Source of the DNA: Heterodontus francisci
Taxonomy: Eukaryota
Reading direction: 5' to 3'
Assembly: GCF_036365525.1 (NCBI RefSeq)
Contig: NC_090399.1
Coordinates: forward strand, 31,094,430-31,158,429
DNA: 64,000 bases
The first letter of the stretch is position 1; each line of letters starts with the position of its first letter. The notes beneath the pieces are model-generated. The model had not been told where the DNA came from, did no database searches, and saw nothing but the letters and a program-made list of their open reading frames with translations. Below, piece after piece: positions 62,441-64,000 of this stretch. Made by a program: the position numbers and the translations under genes.

Positions 62441-63329
62441 AAATGAAACATCATTGACAATGGAACCAAATATCAGGTCCTCTGTATAACCAGTGGACAA
62501 TTTTATATTTAACCACCTGAGATGGATTTCTACCCCAGAGTCTAAATCATGAGGTATAAAGCAAGGAGTATAATTAGTTTAAGATCATGCACAGAAAGCA
62601 AAATAAAGATTGCAAAATACAGGTGGAATTAACAGAGAGGGAGATTTTTAAAAATCCAGGGAGAAAAAGTTATATATAAATTATCTGAAGAGAAAAAATA
62701 AGGCAGGGCTACAGGTAAAAAGCAGCAAAGTGGGATTAGCATGGACTGAATGGCCTCCTTCTGTGATGTAACTATTCTCTGATTCTACGATATATTTTTA
62801 TTTAAATCGCCAGCACTAATTATCTTTCAAGGGAATAAGACTTCACACATGCACACATGTAAAAGAAAATTTTCAGAGTCAGAGAGGTTGTGTCGCTGTA
62901 ATTATCACAAGGTTAAAAAGTTACTTACTTCTGAATGCACTAGGTCTAACTATTTTCCAACATTCTCAGTGGTGAATGAGTGGGAAAGTCCCCAAAATCA
63001 AGCCGTTGTATTGAGATCAGTGCCAAGACCATTGGCAAGGGCTCCAACAGTGCACCCGATGAAGGAGTGGGCTAGCTCTTACAACAACTTACCAACTTCC
63101 GCATTTGACTGCACATGCACAGGCACTGAAATTTGCTGTCAGATTTATCCCATTATAGCAATGAACACTGTTAGCCACATAATTATTCTTATCGCAAAAT
63201 CTGGCCTATTATACATTTTTGTTCTATTATTTACACATGATATTCATTTCTAGCAGCAGGCCAGTTATTTCTACAACCTAATATATAATATATGAGTTGG
63301 GTTTCTGTTGTCCAAACCCTTATCTGGGA

Positions 63330-63635
63330 TTAAAAGTAAAATACTGCGGATGCTGAAAATACACAGCACGTCTGGTTGCATTTGTGGACAGAAAAATCGA
63401 GTTAATGTTTCCGGTTTGTGACCAGTCATCAGAACAGGCAAAGGTTAGAAATGTAACAGGGTTGGAACAAGTGAAAGCGGGGGCGTTGGGGGATAAGATT
63501 AAAAGGGAAGATCTGTGATAGGGCAAAGGGCAGGAGAGATTAACTGACAAAGATGTAATGGAATAAAAGGCAAAGAGAGTAGTAATAGGAAAAGTAAAAG
63601 ACAAAGCATTTGTCTGGAGAGAATGTTGATGGTAT
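63330..63635 (-). mobile_element. Diverged Penelope terminal repeat with hammerhead motif
   Basis: aaaatactgcggatgctg terminus. Minus-strand TGTT-CTGATGA-ctggtcacaaaccg-GAAA-cattaact near 63400-63437. Confidence 0.75.
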
Positions 63636-63644
63636 AAAAATAAA

Positions 63645-64000
63645 AGAACAAAGAACAAAGAGCAGTACAGCACAGGAACAGGCCATTCGGCCCTCCAAGC
63701 CTGCGCCGATCTTGATGCCTGCCGAAACTAAAACCTTCTGCACTTCCGGGGTCCGTATCCCTCTATTCCCATTCTATTTATGTATTTGCCAAGATGTCTC
63801 TTAAACGTCTCTATGGTACCTGCTTCCACCACCTCCCCCGGCAACAAGTTCCAGGCACTCACCACCCTCTGTGTAAAGAACTTGCCATCCCCTCTAAACT
63901 TTGCCCCTCTCACCTTAAACCTATGTCCCCTAGTAACTGACTCTTGCACCCTGGGAAAAAGCTTCTGACTATCCACTCTGTCCATGCCGCTTATAACATT
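63645..64000 (-). mobile_element. Young CR1 3' end, same subfamily as 41.3-41.65 kb; runs off the window
   Basis: MDRVDSQKLFP...FFTQRVVSAWNLLP, with a near-identical 3' UTR. Confidence 0.9.

Noticed and set aside
1-64000. CRISPR arrays, operons or other prokaryotic systems
   Set aside because: No regularly spaced repeat-spacer array or gene-dense operon structure. The content is vertebrate retroelements and spliced exons.

Overview
This is eukaryotic, repeat-dominated DNA, most likely from a shark or ray (inferred from an HE1-type V-SINE, a Deu-SINE, and abundant CR1 and Penelope-like elements). Most of the long ORFs in the supplied track are retroelement fragments or their antisense shadows. 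Between the repeats lies a decaying cluster of NKp30/NCR3-like genes. There are four germline-joined VJ-type Ig exons: one on the minus strand at 26.2-26.5 kb and three in tandem on the plus strand at 31.8, 32.5 and 35.3 kb. The minus-strand copy assembles by hand, with consistent splice phases, into V exon > transmembrane exon lacking Arg/Lys > cytoplasmic exon > ITIM exon (VQYCTL). That is an inhibitory-type NKp30 relative, and its two-exon cytoplasmic module is tandemly duplicated. This copy carries stops and a frameshift, so it is a pseudogene. All three plus-strand V exons lack the acceptor AG at the homologous position, although V2 is a fully open frame. Four Penelope-like insertions have 12-15 bp target-site duplications, inverted terminal arms (two are kb-scale palindromes) and minimal hammerhead-ribozyme motifs. 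Everything was read and aligned by eye. Repeat boundaries are approximate, and no database search was run.
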